Positions 18,584-28,748 of a DNA stretch of 64,000 nt are shown one piece after another. Origin of the DNA: an uncultured Bdellovibrio sp. GTDB taxonomy: Bacteria > Bdellovibrionota > Bdellovibrionia > Bdellovibrionales > Bdellovibrionaceae. Under the pieces are notes generated by a model. The model had not been told where the DNA came from. It worked only from the letters and a program-made list of their open reading frames with translations, and ran no database searches. The position numbers and the translations under genes were made by a program. Every line of letters begins with the position of its first letter. Position 1 is the stretch's first letter. Where the stretch lies: NCBI GenBank assembly GCA_963932905.1, contig CAWVRN010000014.1, positions 42,513 to 106,512 on the forward strand, written 5' to 3'.

Positions 18584-19741
18584 TTAAGAAAGCTCCATTT
18601 TTGCTATCGTATTCAATTGCATATTGCTTGTGCCTTCATAGATTTGTCCAATTTTGGAATCCCGCCAGAATTTTTCAACAGGGTATTCTTTTGTGAAGCC
18701 ATTGCCGCCGAATAAATCAATTGCCATGGAAGTAATTTTCTCGGCAGCACGCGATGAATATAATTTGGCCATAGCCGCAGATTCAACAAAATCTTGTCCT
18801 GAATCTTTTAAGCGGGCGGCGTTGTACACCATTAGGCGAGCAGCCTCTAAAGATAAACGCATTTCAGCCAATTGAAATTGAATTCCTTGAAAGTCGCTCA
18901 ATTTTTTACCGAATTGTTCGCGAGTTTTGATATAATTTAAAGTCGCCTCATAAGCACCTTGTGCGATACCGACCATTTGAGCGCCGATACCGATACGACC
19001 TTCATTTAATGTTTCGATTGCGATTTTGTATCCTTTGCCTACTTCGCCAAGAATATTAGCTTCAGGAACTTCGCAGTTTTCAAATAGTAGTTCGCACGTT
19101 GAGCTTGCGCGAATTCCTAGTTTGTCTTCTTTTTTGCCAACTTTGAAACCCGGGAATGATTTTTCAACGATGAAGGCAGTGATGCCTTTATAGCCCTTGC
19201 TAAAATCTGTGTTCGCGAAACAGATGAAAACATTCGCGTGAGATGCGTTGGTGATCCAAAGCTTAGTTCCATTTAAAATCCACTTATCGCCTTTTTTTTC
19301 CGCTTTTAATTTTAAAGCAAATGCATCCGATCCGCTGCTGCTTTCAGAGAGTGCATAGGCACCTACCCACTCTGTCGCCATTTTTCTTAAATATTTTTCC
19401 TTTTGTGCTTCCGTGCCCCATTTTAAAAACGCGTTTGTCGTCAACGTATTTTGTACGTCAACAAGCACAGAAACAGACCCATCTACGCGGCCCAATTCTT
19501 CAACAGCTAAGCACGCCATTGTGAAAGTGGATCCTGTGCCACCATATTTTTCGGGAGTTTCGATACCCATTAAACCCATTTCAAATAGTTTTTTGATTAG
19601 GGATTCCGGCATTTGAGATTTTTCGTCCATTTCGGTTACTATTGGTTTGATTTCGCTTTCCGCGAATGTGCGGATCGCCTCTTTGAAAGCGTTTTCGTCA
19701 TCTGACAAAGTAGTGATTGCGGGACGGGCATTCTCGTTCAT
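18584..19741 (-). CDS. acyl-CoA dehydrogenase (short/branched-chain type)
   Basis: YALSESSSGSD, NGTKLWITN, QIYEGTSNMQ. Confidence 0.95.
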   Translation of the reverse strand: MNENARPAITTLSDDENAFKEAIRTFAESEIKPIVTEMDEKSQMPESLIKKLFEMGLMGIETPEKYGGTGSTFTMACLAVEELGRVDGSVSVLVDVQNTLTTNAFLKWGTEAQKEKYLRKMATEWVGAYALSESSSGSDAFALKLKAEKKGDKWILNGTKLWITNASHANVFICFANTDFSKGYKGITAFIVEKSFPGFKVGKKEDKLGIRASSTCELLFENCEVPEANILGEVGKGYKIAIETLNEGRIGIGAQMVGIAQGAYEATLNYIKTREQFGKKLSDFQGIQFQLAEMRLSLEAARLMVYNAARLKDSGQDFVESAAMAKLYSSRAAEKITSMAIDLFGGNGFTKEYPVEKFWRDSKIGQIYEGTSNMQLNTIAKMELS

Positions 19742-19878
19742 GGATTCTCCTTAAAATGAATAAAGAAAAATCTACCGTAAAAAACAACTATGTCAACCAT
19801 GACTCACACGGTTGCAGACATCTATAAAATCAAGATTTCAAATGGACTTTCGGATCTATTTTCACTAAATTTGCATTT

Positions 19879-20562
19879 ATGGATGTAATGCAATTTGGTG
19901 TAAATATATTTTTGATTTTCTTTCCTTTCCTTTTTGCTCTTTGTTTTCATGAGTACGCGCATGGTTGGGTTGCTAAATTAAAAGGCGATAACACGGCGGA
20001 AATGATGGGTCGGTTAACTCTGAACCCGCTGGTACATATGGATATTGTGGGTACGTTGGTGCTGCCTTTGATTTCTATTTTTTCTATCTCTAGTGGAGGA
20101 CCTTCATTTTTCTTCGGTTGGGCGAAACCTGTGCCAGTATCGACTCGTAATTTGAAAAATGTTAGAAATGATATGTTTTGGATCGCGTTGGCAGGTCCAC
20201 TATCTAATTTATTGCTGGCTTCTATTGCGGCCGTTGTTTATGTGCTTGTGATTACGCGAGTTGATGTCAATACACAGGATGTAGTCAAAAAATTGTTTGT
20301 GTCCTTCTTGATTACAAATGCATCACTGGCGGTTTTTAATATGATCCCTTTGCATCCCCTAGATGGGGGGAAAGTACTGGCAAGATTTCTGCCAGCAAGT
20401 ATTAATTATAAGTTAGAGCAAAATGAACACATCTCTGGCTACATTTTATTGTTCATTTTTATTTCTGGGATGGGTGCCGTTCTTTCTTATCCTGTTCGCT
20501 GGATTGCTCAAGGGCTGCTTCAGCTAGCCTTTGCTATCTTTGGACCATCTAGCTTGTTATAG
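19879..20562 (+). CDS. site-2 protease (M50 family)
   Basis: HEYAH, AGPLSN, NMIPLHPLDG. Confidence 0.9.
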   Translation: MDVMQFGVNIFLIFFPFLFALCFHEYAHGWVAKLKGDNTAEMMGRLTLNPLVHMDIVGTLVLPLISIFSISSGGPSFFFGWAKPVPVSTRNLKNVRNDMFWIALAGPLSNLLLASIAAVVYVLVITRVDVNTQDVVKKLFVSFLITNASLAVFNMIPLHPLDGGKVLARFLPASINYKLEQNEHISGYILLFIFISGMGAVLSYPVRWIAQGLLQLAFAIFGPSSLL

Positions 20563-20589
20563 TATACAAAAAGTAAAATTAGGAAAATT

Positions 20590-21615
20590 ATGTCAGATTC
20601 AGTATCAAACACAGTATCAAGTGCAGGTGAGAAAGTTAACGTTGTCAGCGGAGTGCGTGTCACTGGCGAACTTCATATTGGTAATTATTGGGGGGCCGTT
20701 CGAAACTGGTTAGAACTGCAAGATAAATATCAATGCTTCTTTGGTATTATGGATTGGCATGGTCTGACGACCGCGTACAAGCGTTCAGATGAAATTTTGC
20801 CACTGATGCGTGAAATGTACGCCGAGTTTTTAGCTTGGGGTGTGGATCCTGAAAAAGCGACCTTGTTTATTCAAAGTCATGTTCCAGAACATTTGGAATT
20901 GTTTATGATTTTTGCAAACATCACGCCCATGGGTTGGTTAGAACGTGTGCCGACATGGAAAGATGCGGAGGAGGAGGCTAAGGCTTCGGACACGCATAAT
21001 TTAGGTCGATTCGCCTACCCCGTTTTGCAAGCGGCTGACATTGCGGTCTACAACGGAGCTTTGGTTCCGGTAGGTCATGATCAAATTGCCCATTTAGAGC
21101 TAAGTCGCGAGATCGTGCGTCGTTTTAATCACATTTATAAAGCTAAGATTCGCGAGCCTAAACCGTTGTTGACACAAACGCCGACGTTGGTGGGACTTGA
21201 TGGGCGTAAAATGTCTAAAAGTTATAACAATACTATCTTGTTAACTGAGAAAGATGAAAAGACGTTGAAAAAGAAAGTAAATATGATGTTAACTGACCCT
21301 CAAAGGGCGCGCCGCGAAAACCCAGGAAATCCTGAAGTTTGCCCGGTGTATTCTTTCCATAAATTATACTCAAGCGTTGAAGAACAAGAGTGGGTTGTTT
21401 CCGGTTGTACGACAGCGGGAATTGGCTGCGGCGATTGTAAAGCTAAGCTTGCATTTAATATGAATGCTAAAACCGAGATTCCAAGGCAGAAAAAAGCGGA
21501 ATTAATGAGCAAACCTGATGATTTAAATCAACAAATTAAACAAAATTGTGAAAAGGCGCGACATTATGCGCAGAAAACGCTTGAAACAGTCAGACACCAC
21601 ATGAAATGGTTGTAG
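20590..21615 (+). CDS. trpS: tryptophan--tRNA ligase
   Basis: HIGN (HIGH), YPVLQAADI, KMSKS. Confidence 0.95.
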   Translation: MSDSVSNTVSSAGEKVNVVSGVRVTGELHIGNYWGAVRNWLELQDKYQCFFGIMDWHGLTTAYKRSDEILPLMREMYAEFLAWGVDPEKATLFIQSHVPEHLELFMIFANITPMGWLERVPTWKDAEEEAKASDTHNLGRFAYPVLQAADIAVYNGALVPVGHDQIAHLELSREIVRRFNHIYKAKIREPKPLLTQTPTLVGLDGRKMSKSYNNTILLTEKDEKTLKKKVNMMLTDPQRARRENPGNPEVCPVYSFHKLYSSVEEQEWVVSGCTTAGIGCGDCKAKLAFNMNAKTEIPRQKKAELMSKPDDLNQQIKQNCEKARHYAQKTLETVRHHMKWL

Positions 21616-21616
21616 C

Positions 21617-22960
21617 ATGAGTGTTGTTGTACAGCTTTCCAAATTCGAAGGTCCTCTGGCGTTATTGTTATATCTTATCCGTAAAGATGAGATGGACATT
21701 TTTGACATTAAAATTAATGAAATCACGACGCAGTATTTGGATTACATAAAATTAATGAAAGAACTAGATCTAGAAGTTGCTGGTGAATTCGTCGCTATGG
21801 CGGCCACGCTAATTCAGATTAAGTCAAAAATGCTACTTCCGCAGTATGATGAAAAGGGCGAGATTATCGAATCGGAAGATCCTCGTAAGGAACTGGTTCA
21901 AAAGCTTCTTGAATACCAAAAGTATCAAGAAGCGGCTCGATTGTTATATGAACGCCCACTTGTTGGACGTGATATGTGGACACGGGGTGTGCGTTTAAAT
22001 CTAGATGAACCATCAGAAGAAATCGAAGTGGAAGAAAACGGTTTGTTCCAAATGATCTCTTTGTATAGACAGATCATGCGTTCGGCTAAAAAACGTATCC
22101 ATCAGGTGACTGCGAAGGCACAAAGTATCGCGAGTCGTATTTTAGAAATCAAAGATCTATTGACCGTAGGCAGTCGTAAAACATTGAATGACCTAATAGG
22201 TGAAACAGAAAACCGCATGCGCCAAGTTTTAATCACTTTTTTAAGTGTGCTGGAATTAGCTAAGCTTGGATTTGTGGGATTATATCAAACAGAAACATAT
22301 GGCGATCTTTGGATTGATCTTAAAAAGCCAATTGAAAAAGATGTGGTATCGGCGGTTGAGGAGTACGGCTCTATCGATAACAAAGCCGATAGCCTATTTG
22401 AAAAAGCGGAAGCTGATGCCGCAGCGGAAATCGTAGCGAGTGAAAGTGAAGACTTTGTGCTTGTCGATGCTGAAGATCGTTTGGAAGAAGACGAATCAGC
22501 ACAATTATCTTTAGAAGATATGGCAACAGACGATGAGATTCTTCAGGCCGAAATGGAATTAGCTGGCGAAGTAGCTGAAGTAGCCATCGACACGGCCATT
22601 ATCGACGAAGTTAAAGCCGATATTATAGACGATATGATTGCCGAAGAAACTGTGGCTGAAGGTGTGTTAGCTGAAGCGACTGAAGAAAGCGAAATCGCCG
22701 CTAGCGAGACAGAAGTGATTTCTGAAGTAGCGGAACAAATGGCGGAAAAGCCCGCACTGTTATCTGCGGATGAAATGACATCAATCGAAAGCGAAACCGC
22801 GGTAATGGTTGAAGATATCGCAACAGACGAAGAAATCCTTCAAGCAGAAGCAGAAGCAGAAGCAGAAATCGCAGACGCCGATGAAGCCGTAATGATAACT
22901 GAAGAGTCTAGCAATAATGATCATTCAGAATCTAACGGTGAACCGGAAGCTCAAGTTTAA
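21617..22960 (+). CDS. scpA: segregation and condensation protein A with long acidic tail
   Basis: FEGPLALLLYLI, IQIKSKMLLP, FLSVLEL; about 200-aa Glu/Asp/Ala-rich C-terminal extension. Confidence 0.9.
   Translation: MSVVVQLSKFEGPLALLLYLIRKDEMDIFDIKINEITTQYLDYIKLMKELDLEVAGEFVAMAATLIQIKSKMLLPQYDEKGEIIESEDPRKELVQKLLEYQKYQEAARLLYERPLVGRDMWTRGVRLNLDEPSEEIEVEENGLFQMISLYRQIMRSAKKRIHQVTAKAQSIASRILEIKDLLTVGSRKTLNDLIGETENRMRQVLITFLSVLELAKLGFVGLYQTETYGDLWIDLKKPIEKDVVSAVEEYGSIDNKADSLFEKAEADAAAEIVASESEDFVLVDAEDRLEEDESAQLSLEDMATDDEILQAEMELAGEVAEVAIDTAIIDEVKADIIDDMIAEETVAEGVLAEATEESEIAASETEVISEVAEQMAEKPALLSADEMTSIESETAVMVEDIATDEEILQAEAEAEAEIADADEAVMITEESSNNDHSESNGEPEAQV
22844..22867 (+). repeat. (GCAGAA)4 in-frame tandem repeat encoding AEAEAEAE
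   Basis: Read directly from the sequence. Confidence 0.8.
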
Positions 22961-22986
22961 TTTTTGATATTATTTAAGGAAATATA

Positions 22987-24408
22987 ATGGCTAAGAAAAA
23001 GAAATCGAAAAAAGTAGAAGAAATTGAAGTTGCAGCCGAAGTTCCGGTAGAAACGGACGTAACAGAGTTTCAACCTGAAGAAGCTCATACAGTAGCTGAA
23101 GTTTACACAGAGCAATCTGCGTTTAAAACTGAAGAGTTGGATGAAGCTCAGTCTTTATTTCAAGCGGATGCGCCTCCTATTGTTGATGAAAGCGAATTTG
23201 AAATCTTAGACACTGAAAATATGAAGCTAGATGACGAAGAACAATCTGTTGAAGAAGAAACTTTGGAAGCCTCCGAGGCTGTTGAAGGTGAAGATTTAGA
23301 TGAATCAGAACTAGGTGATTTTGACTCAGCAGAAATTGAAGAGTTAGAGTTTGTTGAAGACGAGCAGCTAGAATCCATTGTTGAATCAGTATTATTTGCT
23401 ACAGATAAACCAGTTACACTAAATGCCTTAAAAGTTATTTTTAAAGGTACCAACGTGAAAACTGATAAATTGCGTCGCACGATCGAAAAACTTTCAACTG
23501 GTTATGCGAGTGGAAATCGTGGCGTCTATATTGAAGAAGTTCAAGGTGGATACCAATTGCGTACTAAGTTAGACAATATGGCCTTCTTGCGCCGTACTTT
23601 AAAAGTAAAACCATTTAAATTGTCTGGGCCGGCTTTAGAAGTGTTAGCGATTGTCGCCTATAAACAGCCATTGATTAAACATGAAATTGACGAAATTCGC
23701 GGTGTAGAATCAGGTCACTTATTAAGAGCTTTGATGGAAAAAGGTATCGTAGCATTTGCGGGCAAGAGCGATCTTCCAGGTAAACCTATGCAATATATCA
23801 CTACGAAAAAATTCCTAGAAATTTTCGGTTTACGTAACTTGAAAGAGCTTCCAACGTTGAGTCAAATCGATGAATTGTTACCAGAAGGTATCAATGAAGA
23901 TGATGAATTAAAAAATTCAAAATTAAGTTCGATCACAGATACAATGTCTCAGCAAATCACTGATGGTGCCTACTCCGATGGCGAAGAAGACTTGATGAAA
24001 ATCACTGAACAATTGGGTGAAATCACAACGTCTTCCGATTTCTTTGAACAAGAAAAACAACGCCAAAAAGAAAAGAAAGAGTTTGAAAAAGCTCAAAATA
24101 TTCGCGAAGCCCTTGAAGTTAACGAGCACGTTTCAACACGCGATTTGAATTGGTTGAAGAAGTACGATGAAGCATTAGCCGCAGGTAAAAAATCAATCGA
24201 TGAAAAGCCAGCTGCTCAGCCGGTGGTAGTGTCTACCGAAGGATCTGAAGGTACTGAATTTGAAGTGATGGAAGCCTCTGAAGGTGAATCAGATGAAATT
24301 GAGATCACTGATGAGGAAATGATTGTTGACGAGGATTCTGTAGATTTCGAAGAGGCGGAAGAAGAGCTTCCTTATGTGGCTACAGATGAAGAGGTTGAGG
24401 GAGTCTAG
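22987..24408 (+). CDS. scpB: segregation and condensation protein B with acidic N- and C-terminal extensions
   Basis: ESVLFA, GGYQLRT, LEVLAIVAYKQP, IRGV, FLEIFGLRNLKELP. Confidence 0.9.
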   Translation: MAKKKKSKKVEEIEVAAEVPVETDVTEFQPEEAHTVAEVYTEQSAFKTEELDEAQSLFQADAPPIVDESEFEILDTENMKLDDEEQSVEEETLEASEAVEGEDLDESELGDFDSAEIEELEFVEDEQLESIVESVLFATDKPVTLNALKVIFKGTNVKTDKLRRTIEKLSTGYASGNRGVYIEEVQGGYQLRTKLDNMAFLRRTLKVKPFKLSGPALEVLAIVAYKQPLIKHEIDEIRGVESGHLLRALMEKGIVAFAGKSDLPGKPMQYITTKKFLEIFGLRNLKELPTLSQIDELLPEGINEDDELKNSKLSSITDTMSQQITDGAYSDGEEDLMKITEQLGEITTSSDFFEQEKQRQKEKKEFEKAQNIREALEVNEHVSTRDLNWLKKYDEALAAGKKSIDEKPAAQPVVVSTEGSEGTEFEVMEASEGESDEIEITDEEMIVDEDSVDFEEAEEELPYVATDEEVEGV

Positions 24409-24515
24409 TCCCAGCAATTAAATTGTCTGATTGTCACTCACTGTCTCATTATTGGCCACTTGTTGCGAGTGGCTGAGTCTATAAGTCGATTCTATTTAAT
24501 TTAACCATTTAAAGA

Positions 24516-24531
24516 TGGAACATCAACTGCA
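24516..24531 (+). promoter_or_regulatory. sigma54-like -24/-12 element
   Basis: TGGAACATCAACTGCA = GG-N10-GC. Confidence 0.45.
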
Positions 24532-24543
24532 TCACTGGCACCC

Positions 24544-25992
24544 ATGGTGTTTTCCCGAAGAACGTTTAGTGCTCAAATGATGTTTGTGTTGGTGATAGCT
24601 TTTGTCATTCAAGCCCTATCACTCGGCCGAGTTCACGCTCTTGAAATCAATGTTCCTGAAATTGAATCCCGAGTTTCCGATCAATTTATTTTAGAATCTA
24701 TTTCAAAACTAGATGATTTTATTGAAGATATTCGAGCAAAAGAAAGTTTACGTGGTTACGAAAATGTCGGTTTTGCGACGGCAACTTTTGTTCAGCTAGG
24801 AACTGTTACCGGTATTATGCTAGACCAGTTTCTTTTCCGTAAGAAACTGGTCAGTGGCGCCGTCGATCAGGTAAAGAAAGTGTCAACAGCAGGGAAGGCT
24901 GGCAAATTACCTCTGGAATTAAGTGCAATGACTCGTCGCTGGTTTGTTGGGTCAAGTGCCATTAATATCGCTGCGGCAGGAAAAGAAAAAACGTTCTCGG
25001 TGCACGTAGATGATCTGGCCATTTTCCGCGAAATTTTATCAACTATCAGGCAAAAACAGGCTGGCCTATTATATCGAGTCTGGAGAAATGCAGCTACGAA
25101 CGATCCACGTTATCGCGAAAAACTGGTAAACATGGAAACGTTAGTACGTGAGAGTCGTCCTAGTTATAAAGCTATCTATGAACCTTGCTCGATGGATCCA
25201 AATGGTTATAAAACGAATGTGGCGATCGAAGTATACAGTAAAGGTTTGAAAGACTTTTTCTCTGTATTATTATTTACGCCCTCGGCGGTAACGAAGCAAG
25301 TGGATGCGGGTTTTATTTCACCAACATTAAAATCTTATATCAACCAAGAAGTACTGCCTATGGCACTACGTAAATGTTTTAATGTTTCATCGGCCCCCTC
25401 AGATGAAACCACGTCGCAATTTAAGCAATTTGTCTTGCGTATTCCATTTTTAGGCGCCGGCGTGAACATGATTGAAGATATCGCTGGTGATGAACATCAT
25501 CGATTTATTGCGCGGTTATTTGCGGTGGACACTGCCGCACGTTTTGTGGTTTTTGCGGCTGTGTTTTCAATTTATCGCTTTAAGGACGCATTTAGAAGTG
25601 CAACAAAAACAAATCCTAAGATCCCGGAATTTGCGAGTAAATTCAAAAATACTTGGCTGGGTGACACAATGAAAGCTGTAGAAACACTATTTGCTAAAAT
25701 TTCTCCAAATGTGGTTGCTCGAGTTGTTATCGTATCTCAGTTGGTAGTTAGTTCTTACTCTTTGTATGTCATCAAGAAGGAATATTCAGAAACGAAAGAA
25801 GAAGGTAAGAAACGTCGCCCGACGGACGAATTCAATAAATTAGCGAAAAAATATTTTCACGATCGCGCGATTGCGCAAATTCAAGACTTGAAAAAACTTT
25901 TATCTACAAAAGGTGCAGAAGCTAAAGATCGCGCTGAAATTGAAAAAGAAATTCGAAATTGGGAAATGTTAGAAGTTGAGTTTGCATCGTAG
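24544..25992 (+). CDS. hypothetical exported/membrane protein
   Basis: 482-aa ORF, signal-like N-terminus, several hydrophobic helices. Confidence 0.65.
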   Translation: MVFSRRTFSAQMMFVLVIAFVIQALSLGRVHALEINVPEIESRVSDQFILESISKLDDFIEDIRAKESLRGYENVGFATATFVQLGTVTGIMLDQFLFRKKLVSGAVDQVKKVSTAGKAGKLPLELSAMTRRWFVGSSAINIAAAGKEKTFSVHVDDLAIFREILSTIRQKQAGLLYRVWRNAATNDPRYREKLVNMETLVRESRPSYKAIYEPCSMDPNGYKTNVAIEVYSKGLKDFFSVLLFTPSAVTKQVDAGFISPTLKSYINQEVLPMALRKCFNVSSAPSDETTSQFKQFVLRIPFLGAGVNMIEDIAGDEHHRFIARLFAVDTAARFVVFAAVFSIYRFKDAFRSATKTNPKIPEFASKFKNTWLGDTMKAVETLFAKISPNVVARVVIVSQLVVSSYSLYVIKKEYSETKEEGKKRRPTDEFNKLAKKYFHDRAIAQIQDLKKLLSTKGAEAKDRAEIEKEIRNWEMLEVEFAS

Positions 25993-26220
25993 ACTGTTAA
26001 ATCAACGAACGGTCTAGTCTGTGGCACAGAAAATCGTCCAGCGACATAAGGACGTCATTAGCAGTGTTGGGGCTGGGATTTAGGACCATCGGATAGTTTG
26101 AAGTCTCATAATGAGAAACTCCATTCTCTTTTTGGTAAGCTTAAATTCGATATCAGGATATATGACAATTAAGTATTACAATTTATTGAGATTTTAAGTA
26201 AAATAGAGGTAGAGGGGCCC

Positions 26221-26757
26221 GTGAAATTTCAAATTTATTTTATTCTTATTATTTCAAGTCTCGTTGTTTCATGCAGCAGTAGTAACACTGGTTCGATGTT
26301 TGGCGATTACAAAGCAAGCACGTGCACCGGTGCAAATTGTTCAAGTGCAACTCCTGCCGCTGAGCCATCCATTGAGCGCGACGATAATTCCGACGTTATC
26401 CTTGGTAAATATGACAATACACTAGAAGTTGCTGGTAAATGTCGCCTTAAAGATATTCCTGATAGTGAAATTTCAATTACAGTCACCGCTGAAGGTGGTT
26501 CGACGCGAACATTAGCTGATGGCTTTGTTCCTATAATAGGTAACACGTCGAGCTCGAATCGCATCGCAAAATGTGAAAAAGGGCGTTGGGCAATTGCTAT
26601 CAGCGCCTGTAATAACTTGATGGGTGTAGCGGGTGCTCATCAAGTGGAATTCAATCTTAAAGGTAAAGATAAAAACAACAACACTGTGGCGATTTCAGAT
26701 GGTAAAATTACAATGAATTTGATTCGTTCCGAAGACTGCGATCCTAGTGTCCAATAG
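26221..26757 (+). CDS. Cys-rich lipoprotein
   Basis: Lipobox-like VVSC, several additional Cys. Confidence 0.7.
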   Translation: MKFQIYFILIISSLVVSCSSSNTGSMFGDYKASTCTGANCSSATPAAEPSIERDDNSDVILGKYDNTLEVAGKCRLKDIPDSEISITVTAEGGSTRTLADGFVPIIGNTSSSNRIAKCEKGRWAIAISACNNLMGVAGAHQVEFNLKGKDKNNNTVAISDGKITMNLIRSEDCDPSVQ

Positions 26758-27733
26758 AAGTATTACTATTCCATAGCGTTTCGTCAAAAGCCTTATTCGC
26801 GTTTTTAAAATTATTTAGATTCAAATTACGAATCGACTCGGGTGCGATAAAATGTGCTATGGAGTATTGTGTTTTTGGATCTAAAAATGTCTGTCCTAAG
26901 CTGTTTTCGGTAAGTAATGCCTTAAGCTCTTTTGAATGTAATAGTAGACGCAAGAGGTCCATAGACAGTTTTCGATCTGGTGTATTGTTTGGAATGCTCA
27001 GTGAATAAGTAATTAAAAAGCTTGAGGTTGGATCAATGACATAGGCCTTTGAATTCATGGTAGCAAGTTGCAAAGTCGTTTCATACAGATCGGATTTGCC
27101 GATATTTTGAGTCCAATATTTTTCAAGTTCAAAATTTTTATTAAACTGAAAAAAATGATTTCGATTTTTTTGATTCAGTAAAAACACGTGGTCTAGGTAT
27201 ACGGATTTCATAGCCTTTGTACTTGAAGGTTTTGTACCAGCCGCTGGTGATTTGCTTTGTTGGGGTGAGAAAACGTTAACAAACCAAGCAATAGGTAACG
27301 AATAAATTTGGTTCTCAAATTTTGTGGGCTGAAAATCTGAATGGACCGATTTAATAATATCGGAAGCCAGGGGTTCTATATTCTTGATTCGATTGTCGTT
27401 AAATAATGGCTCAATGAACGCTTCGGGACATAGCACTAGAACTAGGTTTTTGTTAACGATGATCTCTGTTCGAAAGTCTTTGTAGGACTTTCGAATGATA
27501 AGGTTTATTTGTGTGTGTGTTTCTTTTTCAATGTATTTAACTAAGCTTGGAAGCAAAATCCCATCTTGATGAACTAAGATGTCGATTTTTTTTGTTTCTT
27601 GATAATAGAAATTAATTTGTTTTTCCGGCGAGCTGCCGTGAAAGAAACCGATAAAGAACGTGATAATTAAAAAAGTCAGCCAAAGTAAATATTCATATAC
27701 TTTAGCTGACTGTACTTTTGAAATCAGACTCAA
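26744..27733 (-). CDS. membrane-anchored, divergent extracellular solute-binding-like protein (PotD-like, tentative)
   Basis: N-terminal TM; weak PotD-like segments (IEKETHTQIN, YSLPIAW). Confidence 0.45.
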   Translation of the reverse strand: MSLISKVQSAKVYEYLLWLTFLIITFFIGFFHGSSPEKQINFYYQETKKIDILVHQDGILLPSLVKYIEKETHTQINLIIRKSYKDFRTEIIVNKNLVLVLCPEAFIEPLFNDNRIKNIEPLASDIIKSVHSDFQPTKFENQIYSLPIAWFVNVFSPQQSKSPAAGTKPSSTKAMKSVYLDHVFLLNQKNRNHFFQFNKNFELEKYWTQNIGKSDLYETTLQLATMNSKAYVIDPTSSFLITYSLSIPNNTPDRKLSMDLLRLLLHSKELKALLTENSLGQTFLDPKTQYSIAHFIAPESIRNLNLNNFKNANKAFDETLWNSNTSIGH

Positions 27734-27736
27734 GGT

Positions 27737-28735
27737 TTAGAAAGTCTCATCGAACGACACAGCACCAGAGACTCCGATTTGGTATGCTGATACACGACGT
27801 TCAAAAAAGTTAGCTAATTCTTGCATGTCCTGAAGTTCCATAAAAGGGAACGGATTTTTCGTATTGAAACGTGGAGGAATGTGTAAAGCTTCCAAACGTT
27901 GATCGGCTACGAATTCTAGGTACTGACGCATATCTTTCAAAGAAAGACCGGCGATACCGTGACTCAAGATATCTTCAGCAAAGGTCATTTCACATTCAAT
28001 TGCTTCTTCAATCATTTGAACAACCATTTCGTTCATTTGATCGTTGAATAAACTAGGGTCTTCTTTGCGTGCGGTTAAGATCACTTCATTCGCAAATTGG
28101 ATATGCATGCTTTCGTCACGGAATACCCAATTAGTTCCCGATGCTAAACCAGCTAATAAGCCTTTTGAGCGTAAGAAATAAACGTACGCAAACGCCGCAA
28201 AGAAGAACAAGCCTTCAATGCATGAAGAGAAGCAGGCAAGATTCATCAAGAACTTACGCTGATCTTCTTTCGTAGAGATTTTGTCTAATTTTTGGATTGA
28301 ATCCATCCATTTGAAGCAAAACTCCGCTTTCTTTTTAATGGATGGAATGTTTTGAACCGCAGAGAATGCTAATTCGCGCTCTTTATGGTCGGGAATGTAA
28401 TTATCCAAAAGAGTTAAGTAAAATTGTACGTGCAAAGACTCTTCATAAAGCTGACGACCTAAATAGAGACGCGCTTCTGGCGAGTTAATATGTTTGTACA
28501 AATTCAAAACCAAGTTATTACCAACAATAGAATCACCCGTAGCAAAGAAGGCCACCAATCGGTGAATTAAGTGCTTTTCACTTGCTGTTAGTTTTGAATG
28601 CAAGTCAACTAGATCAGTAGAGAAATCAACTTCATCTACTGTCCAAGTGTTTTTGATTGCGTTCTTGTACATTTCAAAGAAGACCGGGTATTTCATCGGT
28701 CTTAATGTTAAGTCAAATCCTGGATCCAATATCAT
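27737..28735 (-). CDS. nrdB: ribonucleotide reductase class I beta subunit
   Basis: Metal ligands ATGD, EESLH, IEG, DESMH; radical Tyr four residues after the first His. Confidence 0.95.
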   Translation of the reverse strand: MILDPGFDLTLRPMKYPVFFEMYKNAIKNTWTVDEVDFSTDLVDLHSKLTASEKHLIHRLVAFFATGDSIVGNNLVLNLYKHINSPEARLYLGRQLYEESLHVQFYLTLLDNYIPDHKERELAFSAVQNIPSIKKKAEFCFKWMDSIQKLDKISTKEDQRKFLMNLACFSSCIEGLFFFAAFAYVYFLRSKGLLAGLASGTNWVFRDESMHIQFANEVILTARKEDPSLFNDQMNEMVVQMIEEAIECEMTFAEDILSHGIAGLSLKDMRQYLEFVADQRLEALHIPPRFNTKNPFPFMELQDMQELANFFERRVSAYQIGVSGAVSFDETF

Positions 28736-28748
28736 AATAAACTCCTTT

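Noticed and set aside
25993..26220. tRNA or ncRNA in the intergenic gap
   Set aside because: No cloverleaf, T-loop within a proper stem, or CCA end could be assembled.
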